64,000 nt of DNA, taken from positions 1,376,312-1,440,311 of the forward strand of contig OZ316895.1 of NCBI GenBank assembly GCA_973895155.1. Reading direction: 5' to 3'. A program made the position numbers and the translations under genes. The notes under the pieces are model-generated. The model had not been told where the DNA came from, ran no database searches, and saw only the letters and a program-made list of their open reading frames with translations. Below are positions 12,635 through 25,100 of the stretch, piece by piece. Position 1 is the stretch's first letter, and every line of letters begins with the position of its first letter. Source of the DNA: Marsupella aquatica. Its lineage: Eukaryota > Plantae > Marchantiophyta.

Positions 12635-13303
12635 GCCTACGCCTGAGACAGATAGTACAATTTAGTAGAGTGCACAGACAATACAATTTAGTGCAGTGTA
12701 CAAAAAGTACAATGTAGCATATAGACTAGAGTGGCAATTGCTACTGCAATGAAATGTTCACACACATGTGCAGAGTAGACATACTTTTTGGTTTATTGAG
12801 CCCACACTAAAAACTGATCCCCTCGTACAATAGCTCCACCTACACCTCAATTTTGTGGCTATGATTCACCAAAGGAGATCTGCAACAAGATTTAATGCAT
12901 TTGAATCACATATAACAGTCGTGACATGTAAAACAGGCATTTTTTGAACAGGATTGGTATCAAGCAGTGTGATCAGGGTTGTAATTTATACATCCTAAAT
13001 AGGCTATGATAGTGAATGAGACAAATAAGTTAGGCATAAATCACTTTTTCCAGGTTATCACATGGCCCATTAATTCCAGTCTTTGAAAGGAGACTTTTAA
13101 GTGAGCTTGCTAGCCTCTTAAATTAGGATATTGTACTTAGTGCAGCCATAATAGGATAAGTTATGTACTGTTGACCGTAAACCCTGGACCCAAAATTGCT
13201 CATAATTCAAAATCTTAAGTAAATATCCTCTCTGTTCAAGTCAAAGTGTTAAGTTATAGGTCAATGGTCTCTGGTCTGTGCATGCGGTGTGACAAGTGGT
13301 CTT

Positions 13304-13876
13304 CTACAGCGTGTGATCCAAACATGTGTAGACACCAAAGTGACCGGTGGTGGGGTCTGGGAGGGCAGGACAAGTGACATCGCCAGGCACACTGCAGGAT
13401 GGCGAGTGGTTCCAGATGATACATTGTGCTCTGTGAAAAAACCGACATCCAAGAGAACGGTCATCCAACTCTAGGCCAGAAGCCCTACAGGCAGGACAGT
13501 CATACTGGCAACTGTGCACACACCCTTGGGCCCTAATTTGTGGCGGGTCATGTACGAGAGACAAAAATACCAAGGATGTTGGGAAGGGTGGAGAAGCAGG
13601 TACAGGGCGGCTGTAGTTATTCTTGGCAACAACTGGGTACTCAAAGTACCATGCAGACTGGGCTGGAAGGATCCCAAGTCTGACATACTCAAGGCGCAAC
13701 ATCTCTGCCTTGCGTGCAAGCCGCACATGTTCAGCATTGCGGGTCCTCACCATAAGTGTTGCTTTTGTGGAGTGTCGTGTGTTCACGTCCTCTGATAAGC
13801 ACCTTCGATCAGCAAGGTGAGCAGGAGCTGTACTTGCCTCACCAACAGCAACCAACCTTAAATTATCAGTTCCCAC
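13304..13876 (-). CDS. Hypothetical Cys/His-rich protein (CACTA cargo)
   Basis: 190-codon ORF co-oriented with the other cargo ORFs. C-terminal CVHSCQYDCPAC..C..H..C..H..C..C cluster. No family recognised. Confidence 0.35.
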   Translation of the reverse strand: MGTDNLRLVAVGEASTAPAHLADRRCLSEDVNTRHSTKATLMVRTRNAEHVRLARKAEMLRLEYVRLGILPAQSAWYFEYPVVAKNNYSRPVPASPPFPTSLVFLSLVHDPPQIRAQGCVHSCQYDCPACRASGLELDDRSLGCRFFHRAQCIIWNHSPSCSVPGDVTCPALPDPTTGHFGVYTCLDHTL

Positions 13877-15295
13877 TCACTGTGTCATTCCATTGGTTCC
13901 AGCTAGGGGTCACAATGTAAACATAGCATGAAACACTCCTAATCAACTTGCTTACAAACTACAATATCCAGAAAGAGTGAAAGTCTCACCCTCCAGTGAG
14001 CAGCAGAGAGGTAGTTCACTGGATGTGTTGATGTGCAGTTAAACCTCCACTATTGCTTACTTCCGGTGTATGCTGCTCAGTCGGAGACATATTAGTAGCA
14101 GCAAATTGCAAATAATGGCCATAAGCAAACCGTGAGAGTTTGCAGAATGCTACGACAACTATTCATCCATCACAACAGTGCTCCACAGGAATGAAACCAA
14201 GCAAAATTTGGTGACCTCGGCCAATGACAAGGCCAATGTAGTTCACAATCCTTGACCGATCAGGATATGGATTGGAATTACAATTAGTCAGCTCTTCTTC
14301 TTCTTTGTTTTCTAACTCTGGGGCAAATGAGCATGACCAGGGAATTCTCTGAGAAATAGAAGTGCACAGGGAAAATGAAATTGGCTCATTGAGTTGCGCA
14401 AGACCGCCCACTGCAGCATAAACAAACTCATGAAGTGGCAGAAAGGATAGCGTCGCCACAAGCGCAAAATCCCGACAGGTTTAAGCTGCAAAAAACTAAC
14501 CCATCCAAATGTGATTGCAATGGTGTTGAGGTCGTCTATTCACCACCCCACTCCACCGTGGGAGCATTGGGCACAAGGCATGTTCGGATCCAGGGAGGAG
14601 CAAAATAGTCATGTGAAGCAACAAGTGTGGAGAGACCAATAAGTAAACAAAAATAGGGAAGAACAATGCGGTGATCTTGAGCAGCAGGAAACAAGGAAGT
14701 TGATTTGGGAGGGATTGTAGGGACAGAGCTTTTGGTGGGCTTGGCTGCGCGTTCATATCGGAAGATAGATGCGAGAGAGTGTGAAGAGGGTGGCAACCAA
14801 CAAAGGCAGTGGCAAGCAAGCAAGCAATACACGATGATAGCGGCAATCGGCAATGGCGGTGGGAGGCAGCAATAGGCTACATGACTATTCAGTACCAATC
14901 CGCAGCTCGTCCGATGAGAATGAGTGACATGAGGAAAATGCCAACACACTGACCCACTACCAAGAAGAACGAAAACCAATCTCAACCACCCTCTATCATC
15001 AATGACAGGACATATATTCAAAAATCCAAGCTGCAATTGACGGAAACAATAACATAAACAGAATTCTGAACATAAACTGCTCATGAAGCTTTCGGGATCA
15101 TATATTCCAAGAGCAAATGTGAACATGCCAATATATGAAAGCTCTGGCATATAGGGCATTGCATTCCATAGAGACGTCTGCACCAAAGAGCTTGGAAGCA
15201 ATTGCCTATCTGCTGGAAGCAGGAAACATATATGTAAATCCCAAGCCCATACTACATTGGAGATGATCAGCTCACTCAGACAGACATTGCATTTT

Positions 15296-15443
15296 GATTA
15301 ACCAAATGTAGCAGGCTAGCAGAGGGACGAAGGATAGGGCCAACACTAATGCACAGCAGTGAACAACTATGATTAACCAAATGTCAGTAGCAGGCCAGCA
15401 GAGGGACGGAGGATAGGGCCAACACTAATGCGCAGCTGTGAAA
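15296..15443. repeat. Tandem duplication, ~75 bp x2
   Basis: GATTAACCAAATGT..GCAGAGGGACG.AGGATAGGGCCAACACTAATGC.CAGC.GTGAA occurs twice. Confidence 0.85.
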
Positions 15444-17759
15444 GACTGACAAATAGAAAGCAAACGAGAGCTTCAAATATAGAACATCAAACCTTCAGCA
15501 GCGGTCAATGGGCTTTGATTTACAGGTCGCCTGGCTTGGTCCCTTGTCGCAGCTCGCCCAGCTCCACAACACCGTAGACAAGGAGTTGGCTGGTCCAATT
15601 TCCACCATGCAGCGTTAGCAAAACTGCAATGCTTGATCTTCGCCCTCCGCCCTTTGCCCGAACCCCAAAATAGACCTCAAAGTAGAAAGCCAGCAAAGGG
15701 TTGAGCAGAAATCCCTAGAAAATCCCGCCTCTAAAGTCCATTGCTCGTGGTTACAAATGATGGCAACGGAACATTCGGGCAACCCAACAGTTGAACTGAC
15801 CTCAATCACACCTGCACCTGGTTGGCAGCTCCGCAGACACTAATTGTAGCTCTAGTTGAAGACATCATTTGAACAGCAAATCAGTCACAGCTCATGAATC
15901 CGTTCAGACTAGCATCATGGGTACTACGTCGGAGCACTGCGCAAGAAGCCAGGAAAAAACTGCAAACATGGGGACCCACAGGCAAGAAATCTGGACCTCC
16001 GACACAATCTGGAAATCCTTTCGCAAACAACTGGCCCTCTCCTCAACAACTTGCGATGGTAGTAGCTCGCAATGGTAGCAGCTCGCGATAGTAGCTCCCT
16101 TCAACAAGCTTGGTAGTGCGATAGGAGCAACAACTTACAGAGAAGACAATGACCTCCCCTATGAGACTGATTGAAAGACCTCAATACAATTACTGAAGTA
16201 GGGATACAGAACGGGGAGAAGCCTTTCGCAGTTTGGGACGGCGAGAAGTGTGAACACTTAGGGCAGGGCCCGCAGGAAGGTCACTCAGTCCGAATGAGCC
16301 ACAAGCTTATCGCCCAAAACCACGCAAACCTGAAGTTGAAATTAGCACTATGAGGTAGCAAGCTACAAAATAGCATTTCCCACATTCTTAATGCATGGCA
16401 TCGGAGCTCATTCCGCCTAGAAAACCAAAGCCACTACCAAAACTAACTTGCAAATGGAAGTTTGGACTAACCAGGGTGATTCAGGGCAGTTCAATGTCAC
16501 TATGGCAGGTGCATTGCTGCTCGTAGCTGCAATGTACCTTAGCGCTCCCGGTCCCTCCACGGCTGCAACTTCCCAAGACCGGTCGGTCCTAGCCAGTCAG
16601 TCTTCTCTGAATCTTGGTGCGCCCACGTTGTCTCAATCCGAAGCTGTCAGCTCTCAGGCAGGAGACAAATCTCCGCTTGCCTTCGCGCCAAAAGCTGTCA
16701 CTGGCCTCAAGAGCCTCTAAGGCAATGTCCGCAACGCCTCAATGTCTCCAACACCTCAATGTCCTTACCATCAAGCGCTTCTCAGGGATGCCTCAATGTC
16801 CTTACCACCTCACGACTGTCAAGGTCCCAAACCAGCGCAAACAACTTGCTGAACTCCTTTGTCCAAACAATTGTAAGGGGCATGCAGGTAGAACTGTCAA
16901 AAGCGCTCGCAGGAGTGGATGGCAACAATTGACTACAATCGCCTCCCAGCTTCCCTCGCAAAATGTTAACCCTAAACCCTACTCGTATGCTCCACTCATA
17001 GAAGCAAAGCACAATGTTCTGTCGCACAATGGGGCCCGAACACATGGGCGCAAGTACTCGATAGTTCCCTTCACAAAAACCCAATAATCACCTGATGACC
17101 AAAGCACACTCACCCTAACCCAATACTTAGTGCAAGCAGTCATGTAAGCTTGTTTCCGTTGAGGTGACCCGTTGAGCATAATAAGTACGTTTGCGCCAGA
17201 GTGTTAGGCAACACACAAAACTAAAGAGGGTTAAGGATAACTTTAAATAAATCCCTTTGGTGACAAAGTCATGGCCACTTAATTAGTTGTGGGCCCCCCT
17301 AACCCTCCCCCCCCCCTTGTGGAATTAATCTTGGATCAAAAGGCACCATCATTTACACTCAAATCAATCAAGTTGTGGACTGTTCATTGTGTCAATTAGT
17401 GCCCATGACCCTGTCAAAACAACACTAGTTGGCAATGCGGAATATATCATGGTGTGGGAGTTGTACCTAGCTAGGGTTATAGTGATGCATTAGTTCCGAT
17501 TCCGGTTAGAAACCACCCTAAGCCCTCTAGTACAATTGTACCCTAAGTTATGAAAAGTACCCGTTACATGGATATTTACGATGCAATGTTAGTTAAGGTT
17601 GGTGATATATAGAAGGCATGTCCTTAAGCACTTAGACCCAAAAGTAGCATGTCGCCCGGTCCTTCTTAAGTATACTCTTATCATGAACCCTTGTAAGACT
17701 TTGTATTAAACTAGTCTTTGTGTGGACCTTTAGAGTGATTCCAAGAACAAAACCCATGA

Positions 17760-17957
17760 TGTCCTAGAGTGTTCACCCTTCACAAAGTAGCAAGGTTACT
17801 TTTCATAGTCTTTAACTAAACCGGAAAACACTCAAAGTCTTTTATAGTCTTTAACAAAACCTTGGCAATGGGTGCAAGTCATTTAAAGTATGGAAGAAGG
17901 ACTTAGTGGGCTTAGTCCTATAAGGTATGGTCTAAATTACCCCGGTTTCTACTAGTA
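17760..17957. repeat. CACTA right subterminal repeats and TIR
   Basis: AGTCTTT/AGGACT/AGTCCT motifs ending in CCGGTTTCTACTAGTA. Confidence 0.6.
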
Positions 17958-18044
17958 GAAAATTACTACTAAGTAGATCCTTAGGTTATTAGAGTCATTC
18001 TCTATTCATCTGGCAATATTTCCTTACAAATTATGTGTGCTCTA

Positions 18045-18419
18045 TGTTAGGTATTTACTTTTTTAGGTCTAGGGTTACAACATGTAACCCTAGTAAGTTA
18101 GGCTACCATAATCGGAGACGTGGTTAGGTTAACTAAGTTGCACACTATATCCTAAGCGGTGTTTGCTTGGATAAGTGGAACTAAGGCTCATTGTTACAAA
18201 GTCACTTGAGAGATAATGAGAGCTTACACTGTGGAGACTAGGTATGGCCGACGAGCTTAGAGTTCAATAAAACTTTCTTGTGTGTTTTCGTGCCTGGATG
18301 CAACCTCGAGGAGGTGAACCACATATCTCTTGTATCGACCACTTGTGCATTGGATGTGTCATGTGCTTACCATTGTGAATGTCGTCTACTCAATGCTCTA
18401 ATGTCGTCTATGCTCAACG
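18045..18419 (+). mobile_element. Degenerate solo LTR of the Copia-A LTR family
   Basis: TGTTAG...GCTCAACG, TSD CTCTA on both sides, homologous to 204-548. Short tandem duplication at its 3' end. Confidence 0.75.
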
Positions 18420-18766
18420 CTCTAAACATTATAACCTGCAATCTTATAATTTGTTTAAGAAATATCATTCTAACAGAAAGCCACCTTAGCCACTTGATTA
18501 TGGTGACCATTTTTCCTAGCAATGAGATGGGCCTAACCATGTCTTTGTGCACCTTTTTCATGTCAACATGTCACTCTCCTTGCAGCTTGCACATTCCTAG
18601 GCACCCTCCTTGAAATTCCAGTTGCATTGTTTACTTGCCAACTGCCGACAACATCCTATTGCCTACCATCTCACTTGTACTCGATAACACTTATGCTCGA
18701 CATCATAACACTAATAGACATTGGACAGTGATAAACAATATTAAGAACTACACTTATTATGAACAA

Positions 18767-19748
18767 CTAGCTCAATCCCCGTGTGTTGCACAAAAGAAGT
18801 TGTGTCGGCCAAGAGGTCGTGGAGAAAAAAAGATCTCGTGTCAGCCAAGAGGTGGTTGAGAAAAAAAGATGTCGTTTCGACCAAGAGGTCGTTGAAAAAA
18901 AAAGATGTTGTGTCGGCCAAGAGGTCGTTCAGAGAAAATATGTCGCCGTCAGTGACTGTAGGGCCGAGGCAAGTCGGGTGTCAAGAGGGGCAGAGGTTTG
19001 GTCCAGGCGTCCCAATTTAGAAGTTGGGAGTCGACCGTTTTGAGTCTGATGAGGCCGGGCAAGGATAGGTCCGGCACGGCGAGTCCAGGCAAGGATGCAG
19101 CCTTTGTTGTTGGTTGTCGGCCCCTCCAAAAGCCAGGCACAATGCGAGGGAAATTAGCGAGGGCAATCCGTGAGCGAGGGCAGTTGGTCGCCAGGCAGGT
19201 ATAGTCGGTCACGATGGGAGGGCAGTAGGTCCGCGGACAATAGTGGGAGGAGCAAGGCAAGTCCCACCTCGCGAGTCGGGTCAAGGGAGTGGCGAGGCGA
19301 GAGGCCAGGGAGTGGCGAGGTGAGAGGCCAGGGAGTGGCAAGGTGCAAGTAGGGCCGAGGAAGGCACAGGAGGCGAGTTGCAACCCGAGGGAGGGATGCG
19401 AGGTGCCACTTGCGAGGCAAGGCACCATGGGAGGCGGTGGAGGAAGTCGAGTGGCCGAGGGAGGGAGGGAGTTGGGAGCGAGGAGGAGGGAATTGCGGGA
19501 GCGAGGGGGAGGCCGGGACTTGGTCGCGGCGCGGTAGCCGAGGAGGGTCACGATCGGTAGTCGAGTTGTGGCCCAGCATTATGAGGCAACGTTTGCAGGA
19601 GCCGAGGAAGGCATAGTGGGAGCGGAGCCTCTTTGCTCCTATTGCTTCCTGTTTGTCCGGTTTTGGATTTTCACACCCTAAAATCCAAGCTAAATTCGAC
19701 GACCCTAAACAGTGTATTATAGTTTCTAATAGTAATACTAATATATGA
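18767..19748 (-). mobile_element. Possible non-autonomous Helitron
   Basis: A|CTAG-N7-CCCCGTGTGTTGCAC is the reverse complement of a Helitron 3' hairpin plus CTAG. Candidate 5' TCATATATTAGT at 19748 has an imperfect flank. GC-rich repetitive interior. Confidence 0.45.
18802..18945 (+). repeat. Minisatellite, ~36 bp x4
   Basis: Unit GTGTCGGCCAAGAGGTCGTTGAGAAAAAAAGATGTC with variants. Confidence 0.9.
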
Positions 19749-20196
19749 CACTATGAGTTGGGGGCATTGGGCTTCTCATTGATGATAAAATAAAGAGGCA
19801 GATTAACTAAGTAATTCACTATTTGTGTGACATACACCATATCTTTTTCCCCACTCACAAAATCAAAAGGGTATCTCCAACATTACTGGGTTGTGAAGTT
19901 ACTTCATGGGTTCAGTCAGGAAAACTCACCAACTCCTGAGGTATTGTGTGAAGCAGGTACTAGACAGGATATTTTGCCAGCAAGGAAAGCATTGCTAGGG
20001 GGTCACAGGAGTAGTTCTTAATGCTTGTTGATGTTTGCTAACTTCTGTATTTCTAGTGCTTTTCTAAGGCTTCATATGGCTAGCCAGTTAGCTTGCCAAA
20101 AGAGAAATCCCCCCCAAAATCATATGTACTACTAAATTGTGATCCAAACCTACAATGTAGGGCTACTGTCTAGCATGAAGCCTGTAGACCGTGACT

Positions 20197-20326
20197 CTGG
20201 GGGTGTAACCAAAAATTGGGGTGGGGTGGGGTGGAAAATTACAAGGGGCAGTGGGGTGAGTATCTGGGGGTGTAACCAAAAATTGGGGTGGGGTGGAAAA
20301 TTACAAGGGGCAGTGGGGTGAGTATC
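20197..20326 (+). repeat. G-rich tandem duplication (67/62 bp), G-quadruplex potential
   Basis: CTGGGGGTGTAACCAAAAATT(GGGGT)nGGAAAATTACAAGGGGCAGTGGGGTGAGTAT occurs twice. Confidence 0.85.
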
Positions 20327-20761
20327 CGCAGTCACTAAAGATTGAATGCAATAAACTAGATGAATGGAATGCAAGTCGTTGAAGGGGAAACCAATTGGTA
20401 TTACCATTCAAACCAGGACAATGAGGAGTAACCGTGCTAAGGAGCTGGCGATGGAGCTGGCAACCTGAGAGTGCATGGGAGATGTGCTTTTTTGTCCTCA
20501 CCTCTAATCAGTTTCAAAGAACTGGATATTCTGGCCAGTGACAGATATTTCAATATAGCATGTTTGTCCCCGAACATGTCTCAATTTTTTTGTCTTGTAG
20601 TGATATGTAATTTATCTAATTTTATTTATGATAAAAGAAGAGAGCAGATGTAAAGAACATACCAAGAAAATAATATATCTGAATTAAGAGTGAGTGAGAT
20701 AATACACATGCAAAAATAAGCACATAATGACCAGGAAAGTTGTGCATATAACTATATAAGG

Positions 20762-21093
20762 TGTTGAACTAAGACGTCATTTGCAACGACCATACAACCA
20801 TGATTCATTCCATGCACACATAGTCGACACAATCTCTACGTGGTTCACCTTTTCTCCAAGGCTACATCCACACGAACACTCAAGCTTTACTTCAAGAGTA
20901 GACGAACACACATGCTCTCTCTCTTCCTCCTGTTGCTCTGTTACAATGAGTAAGCACCACACACCAGCGGCTTACACTAGCCCTGGTATATACAAGGTCA
21001 CACACGACTAACCTAACCTCAGCTAAGATCCTAACTGTGGTTAGCCTAAGTGTCGTAACCTATGAGTCACAAGACTAAGAGCAATCCTTAACA
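20762..21093 (-). mobile_element. Solo LTR related to the Copia-A LTR family
   Basis: TGTTGA...TTAACA, 332 bp, perfect TSD TAAGG. Shares AGTCGACACA, TACGTGGTTCACCT and ATGAGTCACAAGACTA with the Copia-A LTR. Confidence 0.85.
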
Positions 21094-21710
21094 TAAGGTA
21101 CAAAATTTCACTTACTTCTAGGTAAAACAGTCAACTCAATTAAAAACATAGATTTTGTAAAGGAAACCATTAGGGGAACTTAGTACATCACATGTGCACA
21201 TTGTTCAAATAATTTCTCTCACTCTCATGAGAAAAGATAGAATTAACTAAGAGGGATTGAAAAGGAAAATTTAAACATTGACGAGGGGAGCCAAAATAAA
21301 TTCAAAATACTCTAAGTCAACTAAAATTAAAAGGGGTCCAAAATTTAATGAAAATCTAATTACTACAAATGATTCATCTTGTTAAGGCACATTAAAATCT
21401 AAATACTGGACCCAAAATATGCATAAGGTAAAACATGAAAGTTGGATTCACCATATAGCAATATTAGTGTCAAAATTTATTTCAAATAAGGTATTGGTTA
21501 GCTAGGGACTAAGTTTGTTAGGGAAGTGGTGTATGTTTAGGGTTTTTCTTCTATTTAGGAAAGAACACGGTGCTGTGATGTATTTTAAAAGAGGGTGTTG
21601 GGATGAATTTATTACTCTTTGATCACACTCTACAGTACAACTCCACACACCAGCTTATTTTTTAAGTGCAAATTTTGCCAAATTCCACCTCCCCCCGAAA
21701 TGGTCACCAT

Positions 21711-21886
21711 TTTTGGCTAATATGCGCTAGAATTTCTTAACATCATTTGCCACTTTTCAACCACTTTTGGCTAATATGCGCTAGAATTTTTTAACACCAT
21801 TCGCCACTTTTTCACCAAATCATGACCCCATTTGCCAGAATCTAACGGCCCTCCTTAAATGATAGACGGCACTCCTTAAATGATAG
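21711..21886. repeat. Short tandem duplications (54 bp x2 and 21 bp x2)
   Basis: TTTTGGCTAATATGCGCTAGAATTT.. at 21711 and 21765; ACGGC.CTCCTTAAATGATAG twice from 21845. Confidence 0.8.
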
Positions 21887-22495
21887 GATATCTGACGGTC
21901 ATTATTTAATTCAGGAAAATCTGGTTGAGAAGATTCCTAGAATCTACTCACTAAGAGAACATTGGCCACACTGGCTAAAAATAAAAAACCTTAAAAAATA
22001 CGCTGCCACACACCCACACGAGAATGATGCATGTTCCCCTTAGCAGCACCTGTTCATGAGAATCCGAGCTTTCAGTTCCTTCAGAGGTCCACTGAAGACC
22101 TCGTCTGCCCACGAATCATGATCCACTTGTGACAGTATCTTCTCTGCTTTTCGACACAAGACGGAGCAAAGAGAGCTGCCCACAGATTTGGTTCGACTCT
22201 GGAGGTCGTTGTCTCCTCCCTTCTGAGCCTTTTTTCGAGGAGCTCGAGTCAGTGAAGCGAGAGCGATGGATAGTTTAGGTGATGTGGACCACATCTGCTT
22301 CCGAATGTCTTCTCGTTGTCGGTGAAAGCTGCCAAGAATTACAGTGTCGGTCGATTCCGCACGTTCTGTTTGCTCAGGTGCAGACGGAGAGGGAGGCCTG
22401 TGAGGAATGCTTTGAACCTCGTGAATGATTCAACGGAAAAACTTAGCGGAAATCTACCATTGGAGTTGGTCAGCACATCCACATTCGGTACATTC

Positions 22496-25100
22496 ATGGC
22501 GAGTGCGGCTGTTTGCCCACACACAGGCTGTGGCGCTCCATTTGCGCAAGGGAAGGTTGAGACGTCCTGTGGAAACGCGAGATGGCAGCGGAGCAAGTGT
22601 ACTTCTGGATCTACAGGCAGCAAGTTTGGTGGGATGATGATGCGGAGCTGTTGGTGGGGTGACGAATGTAGACGGCACGTCAGGTCCGGAAGAAGCTTTA
22701 GAAGAGGACATGGGAAGGGTTTTCCTCATGCCAAACGGCTTCAAGTGAAAGCAGGCTTGGAAGAGATTGTTCACAATCAGGCAAGAACTAAACGCCCAAC
22801 TGTGGTCGTCTCCATCTCTTTGCAGCTGTGCAATACTTAGCTAGTCTTACCTCATCTCGATTCACTTCACGGTGAGAAGGGATTTCTAGTGGGTCAAACG
22901 TTTTTCTGAGTAAGGAAGAATCGGGTGGGAGCATTACCTTTAAATCAAGACAACAATCTGGTCGGAGCATTGGCTCAAATCCTGTAGCTTTGCCTGCATT
23001 GATCAATGCAATCTAATGGCAACTACCTCCTCCTCGGCCGTTGATCATGGATTCCTAGAATTTTTGTATTTGTGTCTTTTGCAGCATCCATCTCATGGAT
23101 TTTAAAGGTCTGCTTTGGTTGGATAATGCGAGTCAAGACTATCAAAACTGACCACAGAAAAATGCATTTCAAGTTCCAATGCTCCTCGTAAGATTTTTCA
23201 CCTTCGACCTGGAGAAATTCCTCCCTGACAAGAGTGGTCCAAACAACGCAGTTTTCGATCAGTATCGTTTCTCGTGGCTACATTGACGGAAGACCTTTCG
23301 ACAGAAGAGTCGCTCAAAATCGTTTGAGTTGGGGGTGGATATCTTTCTGTAGGTGACATGAATTTTCAAATCACTATATGCTGTGCAGGTGTTAGTTTGT
23401 AGCGTTGCTGCTGGCATTCTTGGACAGATAGCTAAGCCAATTTACACTGCCTTAAGAGGAAAAGGATTCAACTGGAGACTTATTTATACGTCTGGTGGAA
23501 TGCCGTCCACGCATTCAGCGGTAACGCTCGAGAACTGCCATGAAAAGTTACGTTATTACATTTGTTTTTCCGGCAAAGACTGTCACTCTTTTGCCATCTG
23601 AGATATTTCGTGCAATGGTTGCAGACTGTGACTGCTGCTGCGACAGCCCTCGGTATAGAAAGGTACTGGACAAGACGCTCAACTTTCTGTAAGACATTGC
23701 ATTCCGGCATGTGGAAAGCCTTTAACGAAAACAGTTTGGGATGGTTGCTACTGCTGCATACGGTCGAGTAGAGTTGCTTCTTTTGTGCTTGATGTGAATT
23801 GACGTGATTTGTTCACTACATTTCTAAACCATGATTGTTCGACAGGGGACTGTCAGACTCTGTGTTTGGGCTATCCGTCATCATGGCTTGCCTTGTCATG
23901 TACGATGCACAGGTATTTACAGTCCGTCAGTCCTGAATATCTTCCTTCACTTAGATTTATGAAGGTTCTCACGTATCTTACAATCACAGTGTCCGATGAG
24001 GTTAGTCAAAGTCTATTCAAATGGTTATTCGTATCTCTGGCTGATGAACTGAAAGAATGCTGACGCTATTGATCATTGGCCCTTTCCTTTCTTAAACGAG
24101 TTCAAGCAGTAATGTTCAGAATCCTCAATGTCGAGAAAGTCTTCCCCCATCACAAGCCAGGAAACAGATGCGGCAGGATACCTGTGGGATCTTCTAGTCT
24201 GCCACTACGATTTTTCATTTTTTCCAATAATCGTGCAACATTTTGACATATCGCTCGACTGTCCAGAAGAATCACTACAAATTTAAAATGTGATTGACAC
24301 GGAATAAGGAGTTGCGGTGTCCTGTAAACTTATTTACTTAGATCGAAGGCAGGGGATTGAGGGTTTAGGGTGAAATCGTCTCTTGTACATCTATGGGAAC
24401 ACAAGTAAACAATGGTTTATGTTTCGAGTTCAGATGGCTTGTTATCAATATAGGGCAATGATGTCAAGATTCTCTCCTTGTGTTAGTATTCAACATGTTG
24501 CAGTACGAATGGCCTTTCTTGTCCAGAGAATTGTCACACATCAACCACGATGGTAACAGATTAATTTCATGTTGGCAGGGGGTAAGAAGGTCTGTTGGCA
24601 AACAAGCAGAAGTTATCAATACCATGATTTTCACACATATGGCAGGGTCTGTACCACCTCGATCTGTTCCTCCTGCTACATCTACTCCAAACCCTTCTCC
24701 TTATGCAATCGGCGTGGAGTTGGCCCGGGATCCTGTGCAAGCTGAGCTTGCATTTATGGAGGACGCTGACGCTTCCACTTATGGGAAATCGAAGAGTACA
24801 GCTGTACTAAGCAAGGAGAGTTCTGAGAGAGTAAATGGCATTCCAAGTGCACCCGTAACAATTGCAGGAGAGAGAACTCAAGCAAATGGAGCTGTTACTG
24901 GAGCACAACTCTTGGTGGAAGGTGCAGAGAGTCTACCTAGCATCCAGGATGGGGAGGTAACCCTACAAGAAATTGGGGACACAGATGGCTGGCGACACAT
25001 TCCACTGAAGGAATCAGTCGGACACACCAAATTGGAAGTCCTTGTGGGAGGAATATGGGGTATTGTACTTGCATCCGCATTGCATTCGAGCATCCAATGA
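22496..25100 (+). CDS. Acid phosphatase/vanadium-dependent haloperoxidase-related protein (DUF212, divergent PAP2/YuiD family), ~347 aa, likely plastid-targeted
   Basis: Exons 22496-22780, 23389-23520, 23625-23662, 23846-23912 and 24579-25100 splice in frame. Motifs GQIAKP, GGMPSTHSA, VMYDAQGVRR, LKESVGHT..EV. Intron 1 has a GC donor. Confidence 0.9.

Larger units (their letters stand above)
1640..17957 (-). mobile_element. CACTA/En-Spm DNA transposon with accessory ORF cassette (left TIR missing)
   Basis: Encodes TnpD- and TnpA-like proteins. Right terminus GGTTTCTACTAGTA (TAGTG>TAGTA). Clusters of ACGACT/AGGACT/AGTCCT/AGTCTT subterminal motifs occur in both orientations at both ends. Confidence 0.8.

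Noticed and set aside
204-18419. LTRs at 204 and 18045 as the two ends of one retroelement enclosing the CACTA
   Set aside because: Each has its own TSD, they are diverged, and there is no PBS, PPT or pol between them.
18802-18945. CRISPR-like regularly spaced repeats
   Set aside because: Contiguous minisatellite with no unique spacers or cas genes, in a eukaryotic context.
20189-20337. MITE bounded by GTGACT/AGTCAC
   Set aside because: The inverted repeat is short and imperfect, and no TSD was found.
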